A stretch of 64,000 bases of DNA from Pseudomonadota bacterium (GTDB taxonomy: Bacteria > Pseudomonadota > Gammaproteobacteria > Burkholderiales > Burkholderiaceae_E), in the NCBI GenBank assembly GCA_023388075.1, contig JAEWGX010000016.1, positions 19,987 through 83,986 of the forward strand. The letters are read 5' to 3'. The position numbers and the translations under genes were made by a program. Below are positions 18,959-28,936 of the stretch, piece after piece (the stretch's first letter is position 1; the number at the start of each line of letters is the position of its first letter). The notes beneath the pieces were generated by a model, which was not told where the DNA came from, did no database searches, and saw nothing but the letters and a program-made list of their open reading frames with translations.

Positions 18959-20212
18959 CTACTCGGTCCGGGAGGCCGCCTGTCCCGGCTTCGCGCCGGC
19001 CGTCGATCCCTCGGCGCCGGGCGCCTGGGTGGTGCCGGGCGCCTTCCACGGGACCGGCTTGACGGCGTCCGCGCCGCGCAGCTTCTGGAAGCCGTCGACC
19101 ATCACCTGCTCGCCTTCCTTCAGCCCGCCGAGCACGACCCATCCATTGCCCTGTGCCGGACCGAGCTGGACCTGGCGCGGCGCGACCTTGCCGTCCGGCC
19201 CGACCACCATCACGGTGTCGCCGTGGTTGGACCGGGTGACCGCCTGCTGCGGGAGCACGAATCCCTCGGCCTGGGCCTGCTCCAGCCGCACCCGCACGTA
19301 CATCCCCGGAAGCAGGAGCCGGTCGGGGTTCGGCACGATCGCACGCAGCGTGACCTGGCCGGATGTGGGATCGACGGTGAGGTCGGCAAAGAGCAGCTCG
19401 CCGGGCTTGTCGTAGACCGACCCGTCCTCGAGCACGATGCGGATCTGCGCGCTGTCCGTGTCGGCGCGCTTGAGCTCGCCGCTGGCAAGCGCCCTGCGCA
19501 ACCGCAGCACCTCCGCGTTGGACTGGGTGAAGTTGACGTAGATCGGGTCGACCTGCTGCACGACCGCCAAGGCGGTCACCTCTCCCTGGCCGACCAACGC
19601 GCCTTCGGTGACCAGGGCGCGGCCGATGCGGCCGTCGATCGGGGCGGTGACCGATGCGTAGCCGAGATCGATCTCGGCGGTCTCGACTCCGGCCTTTGCC
19701 ACGGCGACATCGGCCTGCGCGAGCTTCAGCGCCGCGACGGCGTTGTCATAGTCCTGGCGGCTCACCGCGTTGGCCTGCAGCAGCGGCTTGTAGCGTCGCA
19801 CCAGCGTCGCGGCCTGGTTCTCGTTCGCCTGGGCACGCGCGAGCGTGGCGCGTGCGCTTTCGAGGCGAGCCCTGTAGGGCGCGGCGGCGATCTGGAAGAG
19901 CGGCTGGCCCGCCTTCACCTCGCTGCCTTCCTCGAAGAGACGCTTCTCGATAATGCCGGCGACGCGGGCACGCACCTGAGCGACGCGGGAGGCCTCCAGC
20001 CGTCCAGGGAGCTCGACCGAAAGGCCGACGGGGCCGGTCGTGACGGTGACCACGCCGACTTCGGGCGGCGGTGGTGCTCCAGCCGCGGGGCCTTGCGGAG
20101 CCTTGTCCGAGCAACCTGCGAGCAGGATGGTGAAAACGATCGCCAACAGCCGGGCCTTCAGTCCCCTCGGCACCACGGCGGCACCCGGGAGCTTGTTCTT
20201 GTTTGATGCCAT
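18959..20212 (-). CDS. acrA: RND periplasmic adaptor lipoprotein (AcrA/MexA-like)
   Basis: Lipobox LLAGC, ELPGRLEA, VRARVAG, APIDGRIG, LLPGMYVR; start re-picked at ATG 20212. Confidence 0.93.
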   Translation of the reverse strand: MASNKNKLPGAAVVPRGLKARLLAIVFTILLAGCSDKAPQGPAAGAPPPPEVGVVTVTTGPVGLSVELPGRLEASRVAQVRARVAGIIEKRLFEEGSEVKAGQPLFQIAAAPYRARLESARATLARAQANENQAATLVRRYKPLLQANAVSRQDYDNAVAALKLAQADVAVAKAGVETAEIDLGYASVTAPIDGRIGRALVTEGALVGQGEVTALAVVQQVDPIYVNFTQSNAEVLRLRRALASGELKRADTDSAQIRIVLEDGSVYDKPGELLFADLTVDPTSGQVTLRAIVPNPDRLLLPGMYVRVRLEQAQAEGFVLPQQAVTRSNHGDTVMVVGPDGKVAPRQVQLGPAQGNGWVVLGGLKEGEQVMVDGFQKLRGADAVKPVPWKAPGTTQAPGAEGSTAGAKPGQAASRTE

Positions 20213-20347
20213 TGAAAGTCTTCCAGCGTTGCGCGCATCGGCGCAGGGTCGTCCCCCAGGGAACTCCCAGGGTCGTCCCCCCGGAGTCATCCGTGCACCG
20301 GCCTGACTGCTGCTGCCCTGACCCGGCGGACCGAGCATTATACAGAT

Positions 20348-20365
20348 ATACATTCATGAGTGTAT
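20348..20365. promoter_or_regulatory. Probable AcrR/TetR operator at the divergent promoters
   Basis: Near-perfect palindrome ATACATTCATGAGTGTAT in an AT-rich patch, immediately before TATAAT (20367-20372); resembles AcrR-type TACATACATT...ATGTATGTA boxes. Confidence 0.75.
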
Positions 20366-20413
20366 GTATAATCGCGCCCCGCGCCCGACGCGACACGAGG
20401 CGACCGAACCGGC

Positions 20414-21115
20414 ATGGCTAGACGAAGCAAGCAGGACGCGCTGGCCACGCGGAAGCTCATCCTGGACACCGCGGAGCGGGTCTTCGCGCGCCGCGGCGTG
20501 TCGCGGACATCGCTGCAGGAGGTCGCGCAGCGGGCGGGCGTGAGCCGCGGCGCCATCTACTGGCACTTCAAGGACAAGGCCGCGCTCTTCGAGGCGATCA
20601 TGCAGCGCGTGCTGCTGCCGATGGAGCAGCCGCCGCCGCGGCTCGCGGAGACGCGGGGCGATGCGATCGCCGAGCTGCGCGAGCGCTGCATCGATGCGTT
20701 GGCGCGGATCGTCGCCGATCCGCAGGTGCGGCGGGTCTTCGAGATCGCGATCCACAAGGTCGAGTACGTCGACGAGCTGGAGGCCGTCCGCGACCGCCGC
20801 CGCGAGGTGAGCCGCCTGCACCTCGCGTCGATCGAGCGCGTGATGCTGCATGAGCTCGGCACCGGGATGCCGCTGCGGCGTGCCGAGGCGCACGCGGCCG
20901 CGCTCGGGCTGCATTCCCTGCTCGAGGGCTTGATCCAGAACTGGATGCTCGATCCTTCCGCCTTCGACCTGGTCGAGGTGGGCACCCGTGTCGTCGACAC
21001 CTATCTGGCGGGCCTGGGGCTGGCGCGGACGGCAGCGCTGCCGGGCTTGGCCAAGGCGGACGGGAAGACAGTCGCGTCGGCGGCCGCCGCAACCGGGCGC
21101 GCGGTACACCAGTGA
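20414..21115 (+). CDS. TetR/AcrR family repressor of the RND operon
   Basis: MARRSKQDALATRKLILDTAE, GVSRGAIYWHFKDK; divergent from acrA. Confidence 0.93.
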   Translation: MARRSKQDALATRKLILDTAERVFARRGVSRTSLQEVAQRAGVSRGAIYWHFKDKAALFEAIMQRVLLPMEQPPPRLAETRGDAIAELRERCIDALARIVADPQVRRVFEIAIHKVEYVDELEAVRDRRREVSRLHLASIERVMLHELGTGMPLRRAEAHAAALGLHSLLEGLIQNWMLDPSAFDLVEVGTRVVDTYLAGLGLARTAALPGLAKADGKTVASAAAATGRAVHQ

Positions 21116-21765
21116 TCGCAGCCGACCTTCCGCTCGTGCTCCTGTCCGGGTTCGAGCCGTTCGGCGGCGACGACCGGAATCCGTCCTGGGAGGTCGCCGA
21201 TCGCCTCGATGGCGAGCCCGTCGAGGACGAGGCCGGTCGTCCGGTCGCGCGCGTCCGCTCCTTGCGGCTGCCGTGCGCCTTCGGCGAGGCGTTCGACGTG
21301 CTCGATGCCGCCATCCGGCAACTCGATCCGATCGCGGTCGTCGCGCTGGGTCTGGACGCCTCGCGCCCGGACATCGCCATCGAGCGGGTCGCGATCAACC
21401 TGGACGACGCGCGCATTCCCGACAACCGCGGACGGCAGCCCCGGGACGAGCCGGTGTGCCCGGGCGCCCCGGCTGCCTACTGGTCGGGCCTGCCGGTGAA
21501 GGCGATCGTGGCGGCGCTGCAGGAGGCGCGCATTCCCGCGTCCCTCTCCAACAGCGCCGGCACCTTCGTCTGCAACCACGTGTTCTTCGCGCTGGCGCAT
21601 CACCTGGCTGGCCTGGGCGGAAAGCGCTTTCCGGCCGGGTTCATCCACCTGCCGTGGGCGGTGCCGGAGGATGCGGGGGGCGGCGTCGCCTTCGATACGC
21701 TGGTCGCAGGCGTTCGCCTCGCGCTGCGGGTGACCGTCGCACGGGAAGGGCGGCGCAGCGGTTAG
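21112..21765 (+). CDS. pcp: Pyroglutamyl-peptidase I
   Basis: SGFEPFGG, NPSW, IERVAINLDDARIPDN, AGTFVCN (Cys), GFIHLP (His). Confidence 0.95.
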   Translation: MIAADLPLVLLSGFEPFGGDDRNPSWEVADRLDGEPVEDEAGRPVARVRSLRLPCAFGEAFDVLDAAIRQLDPIAVVALGLDASRPDIAIERVAINLDDARIPDNRGRQPRDEPVCPGAPAAYWSGLPVKAIVAALQEARIPASLSNSAGTFVCNHVFFALAHHLAGLGGKRFPAGFIHLPWAVPEDAGGGVAFDTLVAGVRLALRVTVAREGRRSG

Positions 21766-21782
21766 CCCCGCGCGGGGAAGCG

Positions 21783-22679
21783 CTACGGCTTCGAGCGCGG
21801 CCCCAGCCGCGGACGCGGTGCGGAGATCGTTCCGCCCTCCCTCGCGGCACTGGCGGATTCGCGCTGCGCCGGGTTGAGCAGGGCGATCATGGCGGAGAAG
21901 ACCTTCGGCGCGCCGGCCAGCACCTGCTCGCCTTCCAGGTGGCGCGAGTTGCCATCGAAGTCGCCCATCAGCCCGCCTGCTTCGGTGACCAGCAGGCTGC
22001 CGGCCGCAACGTCCCAGGGCTTCAATCCCATCTCGAAGAAGGCATCGAAGCGGCCGGCGGCGGTGTAGGCGAGATCGAGCGCCGCGGCACCGGCGCGGCG
22101 CACGCCCGCCGCCTTCTCCATGACCGGGCGCAGCATGCGGAGGTAGTCGTCGACCTGCGAGATCATGCGGAACGGAAAGCCGGTGCCGATCAGCGATTCG
22201 TCCAGCTTGGTGCGCCGGCTGACGCGGATCCGGCGGTCGTTGAGGAATGCGCCCCTTCCACGCGAGGCGGTGAACAGCTCGTTGCGGATCGGGTCGTAGA
22301 CCAGGCCCTGAGTGACCACGCCGCGCTCCATGAGCGCGATCGAGACGCAGTAGTGGGGCAGGCCATGGATGAAGTTGGTCGTGCCGTCCAGCGGATCGAT
22401 GATCCACACGTGGTCGTGCTGCGTGAGCTCCTCCGCGCGCGGTGCCTTCCCGCCCTTGGCCGGCCGGTGTCCCGACTCCTCCGCTAGAATCGCATGCGAA
22501 GGGTACGCCGACTGCAGGGTCTCGATGATCGCTTCCTCGGACGCCCGGTCGACCTCGGTGACGAAGTCGTTGCGCTCCTTGCGCGTCACCTGCATCGTTT
22601 CCACGTCCACGCTCGCGCGGTTGATCAGGCGGCCGGCCTGGCGGGCAGCGCGCACCGCCACGTTGAGCATTGGATGCAT
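21783..22679 (-). CDS. suhB: Inositol monophosphatase / SuhB
   Basis: [31 protein letters not shown]. Confidence 0.96.
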   Translation of the reverse strand: MHPMLNVAVRAARQAGRLINRASVDVETMQVTRKERNDFVTEVDRASEEAIIETLQSAYPSHAILAEESGHRPAKGGKAPRAEELTQHDHVWIIDPLDGTTNFIHGLPHYCVSIALMERGVVTQGLVYDPIRNELFTASRGRGAFLNDRRIRVSRRTKLDESLIGTGFPFRMISQVDDYLRMLRPVMEKAAGVRRAGAAALDLAYTAAGRFDAFFEMGLKPWDVAAGSLLVTEAGGLMGDFDGNSRHLEGEQVLAGAPKVFSAMIALLNPAQRESASAAREGGTISAPRPRLGPRSKP

Positions 22680-22718
22680 GAGTAGCGAAGTCCCGGAAAA
22701 CCCCGGATTCTAGTCGAG

Positions 22719-23579
22719 ATGACCCTGCCGACGTCGCTGCACCAGACCCTCGCGCCCGGGGCGCAGCGCCTGATGGACGCATTCCGCTTCGTGCTCGTCG
22801 CACCGAGCCACCCCGGCAACATCGGTTCCGTCGCGCGCGCGATGAAGACCATGGGTCTTTCCGACCTCGTCGTCGCGGCGCCACGCGAGCCGCGCTTCAT
22901 GGACCATCCGCAGGCCCGGGCGCTCGCGAGCGGCGCGGTGGACCTGCTCGCGCGGGCCGCCAGCACCGGGACGCTGCGGGAGGCGGTCGCGGACTGCCAA
23001 CTGGTGGTTGCCGTCAGTGCCAATCCGCGCGAGTTCGGGCCGTGGCCGCGATTGCCGGCGGAAGTCGCGGCCTGCGCGATCGAGCGCCTGGACGCGGGGA
23101 TCGTCGAGAGAGTCGCGCTGGTCTTCGGCACCGAGCGCACCGGGCTCTCGATCGAGGAGATGGGCCTGTGCCAGCAGCTCGTCTGCATTCCGGCTGATCC
23201 GACGTACTCCTCCTTGAACCTGTCCCAGGCGGCGCAGATCGTCGCCTTTTCACTGCGCCAGGAAGTGATGCGGTCCACGCGCGGCGCGGGCGACGGCGAC
23301 GCTCCACGGCGCAGGCGCCGGTACGGCGAAGCGCATGCCGACCATGCATCGGTGGAGCGCCTGTTCGAGCATCTCGAGCGCATGCTGGTCGCGATCGACT
23401 ATCTGGACCCGGCCGAACCGCGCCGGCTGCTGCCGCGCCTGCGTCGCCTGCTCGCGCGAACGACTCTCGAGGCGGCCGAGGTCGACCTCCTGCGCGGCAT
23501 CTGCACGCAGATGGAGAAGGTGGCCGCTCGCGCGCGACGCGAAGCCGGCGAAGGCGCCCGGCGCGGCGAAGGCGACTGA
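22719..23579 (+). CDS. trmJ: tRNA (cytidine/uridine-32 2'-O)-methyltransferase TrmJ (SPOUT)
   Basis: SHPGNIGSVARAMKTMG, VFGTERTGL, YSSLNLSQA; divergent from suhB. Confidence 0.92.
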   Translation: MTLPTSLHQTLAPGAQRLMDAFRFVLVAPSHPGNIGSVARAMKTMGLSDLVVAAPREPRFMDHPQARALASGAVDLLARAASTGTLREAVADCQLVVAVSANPREFGPWPRLPAEVAACAIERLDAGIVERVALVFGTERTGLSIEEMGLCQQLVCIPADPTYSSLNLSQAAQIVAFSLRQEVMRSTRGAGDGDAPRRRRRYGEAHADHASVERLFEHLERMLVAIDYLDPAEPRRLLPRLRRLLARTTLEAAEVDLLRGICTQMEKVAARARREAGEGARRGEGD

Positions 23580-23602
23580 GGCGACGAAGGCTGGCGGTAT
23601 TG

Positions 23603-24484
23603 CTAGCCCGGCGCGGTCACGGGCACGGCCATGCCCTCTGCCAGCGACATCACCGCGCCGCGCGGCGGATCGGCCGCCCAGTCGCTCAATACCCAGCGCT
23701 CGCGACGGCCACCATCCGGGCCGGTCCAGCGATGGCGCCCCGGACGATGCGTGTGGCCGTGAACCAGCAGGTCCGCCTGCTGCGCGGCGAGCAGCGCGCC
23801 GGCTGCCCCGTCGTCCACGTCCGAGAGCGTCTCGGTCATCGCCTGCGCCTCGTTGCTGCGGGCCCGAAGCTCGCGCGCCATCGCGATGCGCTGGGAAAGT
23901 GGCCGGGCGAGCAACTCCTCCTGCCATGGATTCGAGCGGCAGAGCGCACGCCACTGTTGGTACGCCGTATCCGCGATGCAGAGGGCATCGCCGTGGCTGA
24001 GCACGACCCGTCGGCCGCCGACCTCGATCACCGCCGGATCCGCGAGCATGATCGCGCCGCAGGCCGTCGAGTAAGGGCGCACGGCAGAGCTCCCCGGCGG
24101 CGGCACGTCGAGCAGGAAGTCGCGGTTGCCGCGCATCAGGTAGACGCGAACGCCGCGCGCGGCGAACGTGGCCAGGCGGTTGGCCAGCGCGATGGCGGGG
24201 CCCGCGAGGTGGTCGTCGCCCACCCAGAACTCGAACAGGTCGCCCAGCAGGAACAGGGCGACGCCTCCGGCCGCGATCCCGCCCGGTACCGTACGGTCGG
24301 CGCGTTCGATGCGCGCCGCCAGCCCCTCGAGGACGTGCGCCGTGAGCGCCGGTTGCGTCTCGTCCAGGTGCGTGTCCGACACGAAGAGCGCGCCATCCGG
24401 GCTGGCGATGCGCGCGGCCGGCGCCAGCACGGACGTCACGGGCCCGCGGCCCTCGTGTCGTGCGCTGGCCTGGGCGACCGGCAC
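23603..24484 (-). CDS. lpxH: UDP-2,3-diacylglucosamine diphosphatase
   Basis: SDTHL, LGDLFEFWVGDD, GNRDFL, HGDALC, HGHTHRP, VLSDW; start uncertain. Confidence 0.93.
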   Translation of the reverse strand: MPVAQASARHEGRGPVTSVLAPAARIASPDGALFVSDTHLDETQPALTAHVLEGLAARIERADRTVPGGIAAGGVALFLLGDLFEFWVGDDHLAGPAIALANRLATFAARGVRVYLMRGNRDFLLDVPPPGSSAVRPYSTACGAIMLADPAVIEVGGRRVVLSHGDALCIADTAYQQWRALCRSNPWQEELLARPLSQRIAMARELRARSNEAQAMTETLSDVDDGAAGALLAAQQADLLVHGHTHRPGRHRWTGPDGGRRERWVLSDWAADPPRGAVMSLAEGMAVPVTAPG

Positions 24485-24494
24485 GTGGTCGCGG

Positions 24495-25088
24495 CTATCT
24501 GGCGACCCGGCTTACGGATTCGATCACCACCGGGTCGGACGGGACGTCGCCGTGCGGGCCGCTGCGGCCCGTCTTCACCTTGGCGATCTTCTCCACGGTT
24601 TCCATGCCGCTCACCACCTTGCCGAAGACGGCATAGCCGTTGCCGTCCGGGTTCGGGTGGTTCAGGCTCGCATTGTTCACCGTGTTGATGAAGAACTGCG
24701 ACGTGGCGGAATCGGGGACGCTGGTGCGGGCCATCGCGATGGTGCCCGCGTCGTTCTTCAGCCCGTTGCGGGACTCCAGCGGAATCGGGCCGCGGGTGGT
24801 CTTCTGCTTCATGTCCTTGTCGAAACCGCCGCCCTGGATCATGAAGTTGCCGATGACCCGATGGAAGACGAGCCCCGAATAGAAGCCGTCGTCGACATAC
24901 TGGAGAAAGTTCTCCACCGTCTTCGGCGCCTTCTCGGGATAGAGCTCGATGACGATGTCGCCGAGCGAGGTCTTCATCAGCACCTGCGGATTCGGGCCGG
25001 CGGCCGCGGCATCGTCGGCCGTGGCCGTCAACATGACGCCAGCGAAGAGGGACGCGAGGAGAGTCTTCCTGAAGGGGAATCCGGGCAT
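24495..25088 (-). CDS. ppiA: Periplasmic cyclophilin-type peptidyl-prolyl isomerase
   Basis: Signal peptide, APKTVENF, FHRVIGNFMIQGGG, AMART, SQFFIN, YAVFGKV. Confidence 0.92.
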   Translation of the reverse strand: MPGFPFRKTLLASLFAGVMLTATADDAAAAGPNPQVLMKTSLGDIVIELYPEKAPKTVENFLQYVDDGFYSGLVFHRVIGNFMIQGGGFDKDMKQKTTRGPIPLESRNGLKNDAGTIAMARTSVPDSATSQFFINTVNNASLNHPNPDGNGYAVFGKVVSGMETVEKIAKVKTGRSGPHGDVPSDPVVIESVSRVAR

Positions 25089-25148
25089 GTCAGTGGGCTC
25101 CGTGCCGAGTGGGTGGAAGGGTGGGCGGCGCGGCCGGGGCAGCGGCGC

Positions 25149-25757
25149 TCATGGAGGATTGCCGCCGGCCGGACCGGCCGGTTGCCGGGGTGAGGGCTGC
25201 ACCGGGACCGCGCTCACGAGCTTCAGCTTCGGGGCGACGGTCTTGTTGGCCGGGTCGAGCTGCTGCGCGGTCCGGTAGCTGCGCGCGGCGAGGCGTGCAT
25301 AGATATCGCCCAGGTTCTCGTGCGCGATCGCGTAGTCGGGGACCGCTCGGATGGCGCCTTCCAGTGCCTCCCGGGCGAGATCGAGACGGCCCTGCGCGGC
25401 GCGAACCACGGCGAGGTTGTTGTAGGGCTCCGGCAGCTCCGGGTACTCGCGGGTGAGCGCCTCGAAGGCCTGCTCCGCTTCGGGCAGCCGCCGCAGCGAC
25501 GTGAGCGCGACGCCGCGCACGAACCGCAGGGTGGCATCGTGCGGAAAGGTGCCGAGGGCGGTGTCCGCGACATCGAGGGCGCGCTGCGCGTTGCCCGCCT
25601 TGAGCGCGGCTTGCGCGGCATCCTGCGGCCGCGTGACCTCGGCCGAGAGCGAGGACTGCAGCGGTGCCTGCGCCGGCGCGACGGCCGGCGCGAGCAGGAA
25701 CAACGGAGCGCAGGCCAGGCAGGCTGCCCGGAGCGCCCCGGAGGCCGCGGATTCCAT
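25149..25757 (-). CDS. Exported tetratricopeptide-repeat protein
   Basis: Signal peptide, [25 protein letters not shown]; divergent from cysS; start re-picked at ATG 25757. Confidence 0.88.
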   Translation of the reverse strand: MESAASGALRAACLACAPLFLLAPAVAPAQAPLQSSLSAEVTRPQDAAQAALKAGNAQRALDVADTALGTFPHDATLRFVRGVALTSLRRLPEAEQAFEALTREYPELPEPYNNLAVVRAAQGRLDLAREALEGAIRAVPDYAIAHENLGDIYARLAARSYRTAQQLDPANKTVAPKLKLVSAVPVQPSPRQPAGPAGGNPP

Positions 25758-25841
25758 CGATCGCACGTTAAACTGTCCGGGACGGTATGGAAAGTCCCGG
25801 ATTCTACCGTCCGCCCCTCGCTGTCTGCCCGGATCTCCCCC

Positions 25842-27260
25842 ATGCTGAAGCTCTACAACACGCTCACCCGCAGCAAGGAAACCTTCGTGCCGCTCGTCGA
25901 GGGTGAGGTGGGGATGTACGTGTGCGGCATCACCGTATACGACTACTGCCACATCGGGCACGGGCGGATGATGGTGGTGTTCGACGTGGTCCAGCGCTGG
26001 CTGCGCGCGCGCGGGATGAAGGTCACGTACGTGCGCAACATCACGGACATCGACGACAAGATCATCCGGCGTGCGGTGGAGAACGGGGAGTCCATCGGCT
26101 CCCTCACCAGCCGCTTCATCGCGGCCATGCACGAGGACGAGGCGGCGATCGGCGTGCAGCGCCCGGACATCGAGCCGCGGGCGACGGAGTACGTGCCGCG
26201 CATGCTGGACATGATCGGCCTGCTGCAGGACAACGGCTTCGCGTACCGGTCCGATGACGGCGACATGCTCTACGCGGTGCGCCGCTTCCCGCGCTACGGC
26301 CGCCTCAGTGGCAAGTCGCTGGACGACCTGCGAGCCGGGGAACGGGTGTCGGTCGCCGGCGGCAAGCAGGACCCGCTCGACTTCGTCCTCTGGAAGGCGG
26401 CCAAGCCGGACGAGCCCGAGGAGGCCCGGTGGGACTCCCGGTACGGTAGCGGGCGTCCGGGCTGGCACATCGAGTGCTCGGCGATGTCGACCGCGTTGCT
26501 CGGGCGTCGCTTCGACCTGCACGGCGGGGGCGCGGATCTTCAGTTTCCCCATCACGAGAACGAGATCGCGCAGAGCGACGGAGCGTACTTCCCGGAGGGC
26601 GAGGACACCTTCGTGCGCTACTGGATGCACAACGGATTCGTCCAGGTGGACGAGGAGAAGATGTCCAAGTCGCTGGGCAATTTCTTCACCATCCGGGAGG
26701 TGCTGGAACGCTATGACGGGGAGGTCATCCGCTTCTTCATCCTGCGCAGCCACTATCGCAGCCCGCTCAACTACTCGCCGCAGGGGCTGGAGGAAGCGCG
26801 CGAGGCGCTGCTGCGACTCTACAACGCGCGACTGCCCGAGTCCGACGGGGTCGGAAGCGCCGCGGACATCGACTGGTCCGAGCCGCGCGCACGCCGCTTC
26901 GCCGAGGCGATGGATGACGACTTCAACACCGTGGTGGCGATCGCGGTGCTGTTCGAGCTCGCCGGCGACGTGAACCGGGGGGGCGACCCCCGCGACGAGC
27001 GCCTGCTGCGCCAGCTCGCGGGTACGCTCGGGCTGCTCGGCCAATCGCCGGACGTGGTGCGTCGCACGGCGCTGCGGGGACCCGGGGCCGGTGCCGCCGC
27101 CGGGCCGGACGATGCCCGCATCGACGCGCTGATCGCCGAGCGCGCCGCGGCGAAGAAGGCCCGGCAGTATGCCGAGGCGGACCGCATCCGGGACGAGCTC
27201 GCTCGCGACGGCATCGTGCTGGAGGATACGCCGCAGGGCACGGTCTGGCGGCGCGGATGA
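25842..27260 (+). CDS. cysS: Cysteine--tRNA ligase
   Basis: [42 protein letters not shown]; start re-picked at ATG 25842. Confidence 0.98.
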   Translation: MLKLYNTLTRSKETFVPLVEGEVGMYVCGITVYDYCHIGHGRMMVVFDVVQRWLRARGMKVTYVRNITDIDDKIIRRAVENGESIGSLTSRFIAAMHEDEAAIGVQRPDIEPRATEYVPRMLDMIGLLQDNGFAYRSDDGDMLYAVRRFPRYGRLSGKSLDDLRAGERVSVAGGKQDPLDFVLWKAAKPDEPEEARWDSRYGSGRPGWHIECSAMSTALLGRRFDLHGGGADLQFPHHENEIAQSDGAYFPEGEDTFVRYWMHNGFVQVDEEKMSKSLGNFFTIREVLERYDGEVIRFFILRSHYRSPLNYSPQGLEEAREALLRLYNARLPESDGVGSAADIDWSEPRARRFAEAMDDDFNTVVAIAVLFELAGDVNRGGDPRDERLLRQLAGTLGLLGQSPDVVRRTALRGPGAGAAAGPDDARIDALIAERAAAKKARQYAEADRIRDELARDGIVLEDTPQGTVWRRG

Positions 27261-27931
27261 AGTCCTACGGGGCCACGCAGGAGCCGATGCCCACTGCCGA
27301 CGTGGCCGCCGTCGGTTCGCCCCCGTGGTGGGACGAGGCGGTGGCCTACCTCGTCGGCTGCGATCCGGTCCTGCGCGAGCTGGCGAACCGGCTGCCAGGG
27401 GAGCGGCTGGTGCCGCGCGACGATCCGTTCATCGCCCTCGCGCGGGCCATCGTCGGCCAGCAGCTTTCGGTGAAGGCGGCCCGTACCATCTGGCGGCGGC
27501 TGGAGGAAGCGGCGGGCGAGGTGACGCCCGCGCGCCTCTCGCGCATGCGTGCCGCCACCCTTGCGCGCTGCGGCCTCTCGGCGCGCAAGGCGGAGTACCT
27601 GCGGGATCTTGCGGTACATTTCCGGACAGGGGCGATCGAGCCCGCGCGCTGGCCGTCGCTGGACGACGAAGCCCTCATCGCCGAGCTCGTCGCGGTACGA
27701 GGCATCGGCCGTTGGACGGCCGAGATGTTCCTCATGTTCAACCTGATGCGTCCCGACGTGCTGCCGCTGGACGACGTGGGGCTGCTGGCCGCCATCGGGC
27801 GCCACTACAACGGCGGAATCCGGGTGACCCGGGAGCAGGCGGCGGAGATCGGCGGCCACTGGCGGCCCTGGCGCACCGCCGCCTCCTGGTACCTGTGGCG
27901 CAGCCTCGATCCGCCGCCGATGGAAGAATGA
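27257..27931 (+). CDS. DNA-3-methyladenine glycosylase II (AlkA/HhH-GPD family)
   Basis: [34 protein letters not shown]. Confidence 0.92.
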   Translation: MKSYGATQEPMPTADVAAVGSPPWWDEAVAYLVGCDPVLRELANRLPGERLVPRDDPFIALARAIVGQQLSVKAARTIWRRLEEAAGEVTPARLSRMRAATLARCGLSARKAEYLRDLAVHFRTGAIEPARWPSLDDEALIAELVAVRGIGRWTAEMFLMFNLMRPDVLPLDDVGLLAAIGRHYNGGIRVTREQAAEIGGHWRPWRTAASWYLWRSLDPPPMEE

Positions 27932-27937
27932 ACACCG

Positions 27938-28900
27938 ATGAAGACGAATTACCTTGACTTCGAGCAACCGGTCGCGGAGCTCGAGGAGAAGATCGAGCAG
28001 CTTCGCTACATGCAGGGCGAATCGGCCGTGGACATCGCCGAGGAGATCGACCGCCTGCGCGAGAAGTGCGACAGCCAGATCAAGGACATCTACGACAAGC
28101 TCACGCCGTGGCAGGTCGCCATGGTGGCGCGGCACCCGCAGCGTCCTTACACGCTCGACTACATCCACCTGATGATGTCGGACTTCCACGAGCTGCACGG
28201 GGATCGCGTCTTCGCGGACGACCCGGCCATCGTGGGCGGCATCGGCCGCTTCAACGGCCAGTCGATCATGGTGATCGGCCATCAGAAGGGACGCGACGCC
28301 AAGGAGCGCACCTACCGCAACTTCGGCATGCCGCGACCCGAGGGCTACCGCAAGGCGCTGCGGCTGATGAAGCTGGCGGAGAAGTTCGATATCCCGGTGC
28401 TGACGCTGATCGACACGCCGGGAGCCTTTCCCGGCGTCGGCGCCGAGGAACGCGGGCAATCCGAGGCGATCGGGCGCAACCTTTACGAAATGGCCGGATT
28501 GGAAGTGCCGATCGTGAGCGTGATCATCGGGGAGGGCGGCTCCGGCGGCGCGCTGGCGCTTGGCGTGTCCGACATCATGCTGATGCTGCAGTACAGCGTC
28601 TATTCCGTGATCTCGCCCGAGGGCTGTGCCGCCATCCTCTGGAAGAGCGCGGAGAAGGCGCCGGAAGCGGCCACCTCGCTCGGCATCACGGCCCAGCGGC
28701 TGAAGGGGCTGGGACTGGTGGACCGGATCGTGTCGGAGCCGGTCGGCGGCGCCCATCGCGACCCCGGCCAGATGGCAGTCGCGCTCAAGCGGGCCGTGGC
28801 CGACGCCCTGCGCCAGTTCGCCGGCATGCGCACCGGCGAGTTGATCAAGCAGCGCCAGGGCCGGATCGCCGCCTACGGGAAGTTCAAGGAGGCGGCGTAG
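27938..28900 (+). CDS. accA: Acetyl-CoA carboxylase carboxyltransferase alpha subunit
   Basis: [37 protein letters not shown]. Confidence 0.98.
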   Translation: MKTNYLDFEQPVAELEEKIEQLRYMQGESAVDIAEEIDRLREKCDSQIKDIYDKLTPWQVAMVARHPQRPYTLDYIHLMMSDFHELHGDRVFADDPAIVGGIGRFNGQSIMVIGHQKGRDAKERTYRNFGMPRPEGYRKALRLMKLAEKFDIPVLTLIDTPGAFPGVGAEERGQSEAIGRNLYEMAGLEVPIVSVIIGEGGSGGALALGVSDIMLMLQYSVYSVISPEGCAAILWKSAEKAPEAATSLGITAQRLKGLGLVDRIVSEPVGGAHRDPGQMAVALKRAVADALRQFAGMRTGELIKQRQGRIAAYGKFKEAA

Positions 28901-28936
28901 GGCCGCGAGGGGCGCGTCCAGGCCCTTAGAGGTGCC

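Noticed and set aside
14343..19142. 1599-aa ORF suggesting a giant OMF fusion
   Set aside because: Only the last 466 codons (from ATG 15743) are OMF; the rest is an off-frame read of acrB and the end of acrA
15725..20206. 1493-aa plus-strand ORF
   Set aside because: Antisense shadow of acrA/acrB
25149..27044. 631-aa ORF extending the TPR gene
   Set aside because: The upstream part is antisense to cysS; the signal peptide starts at 25757
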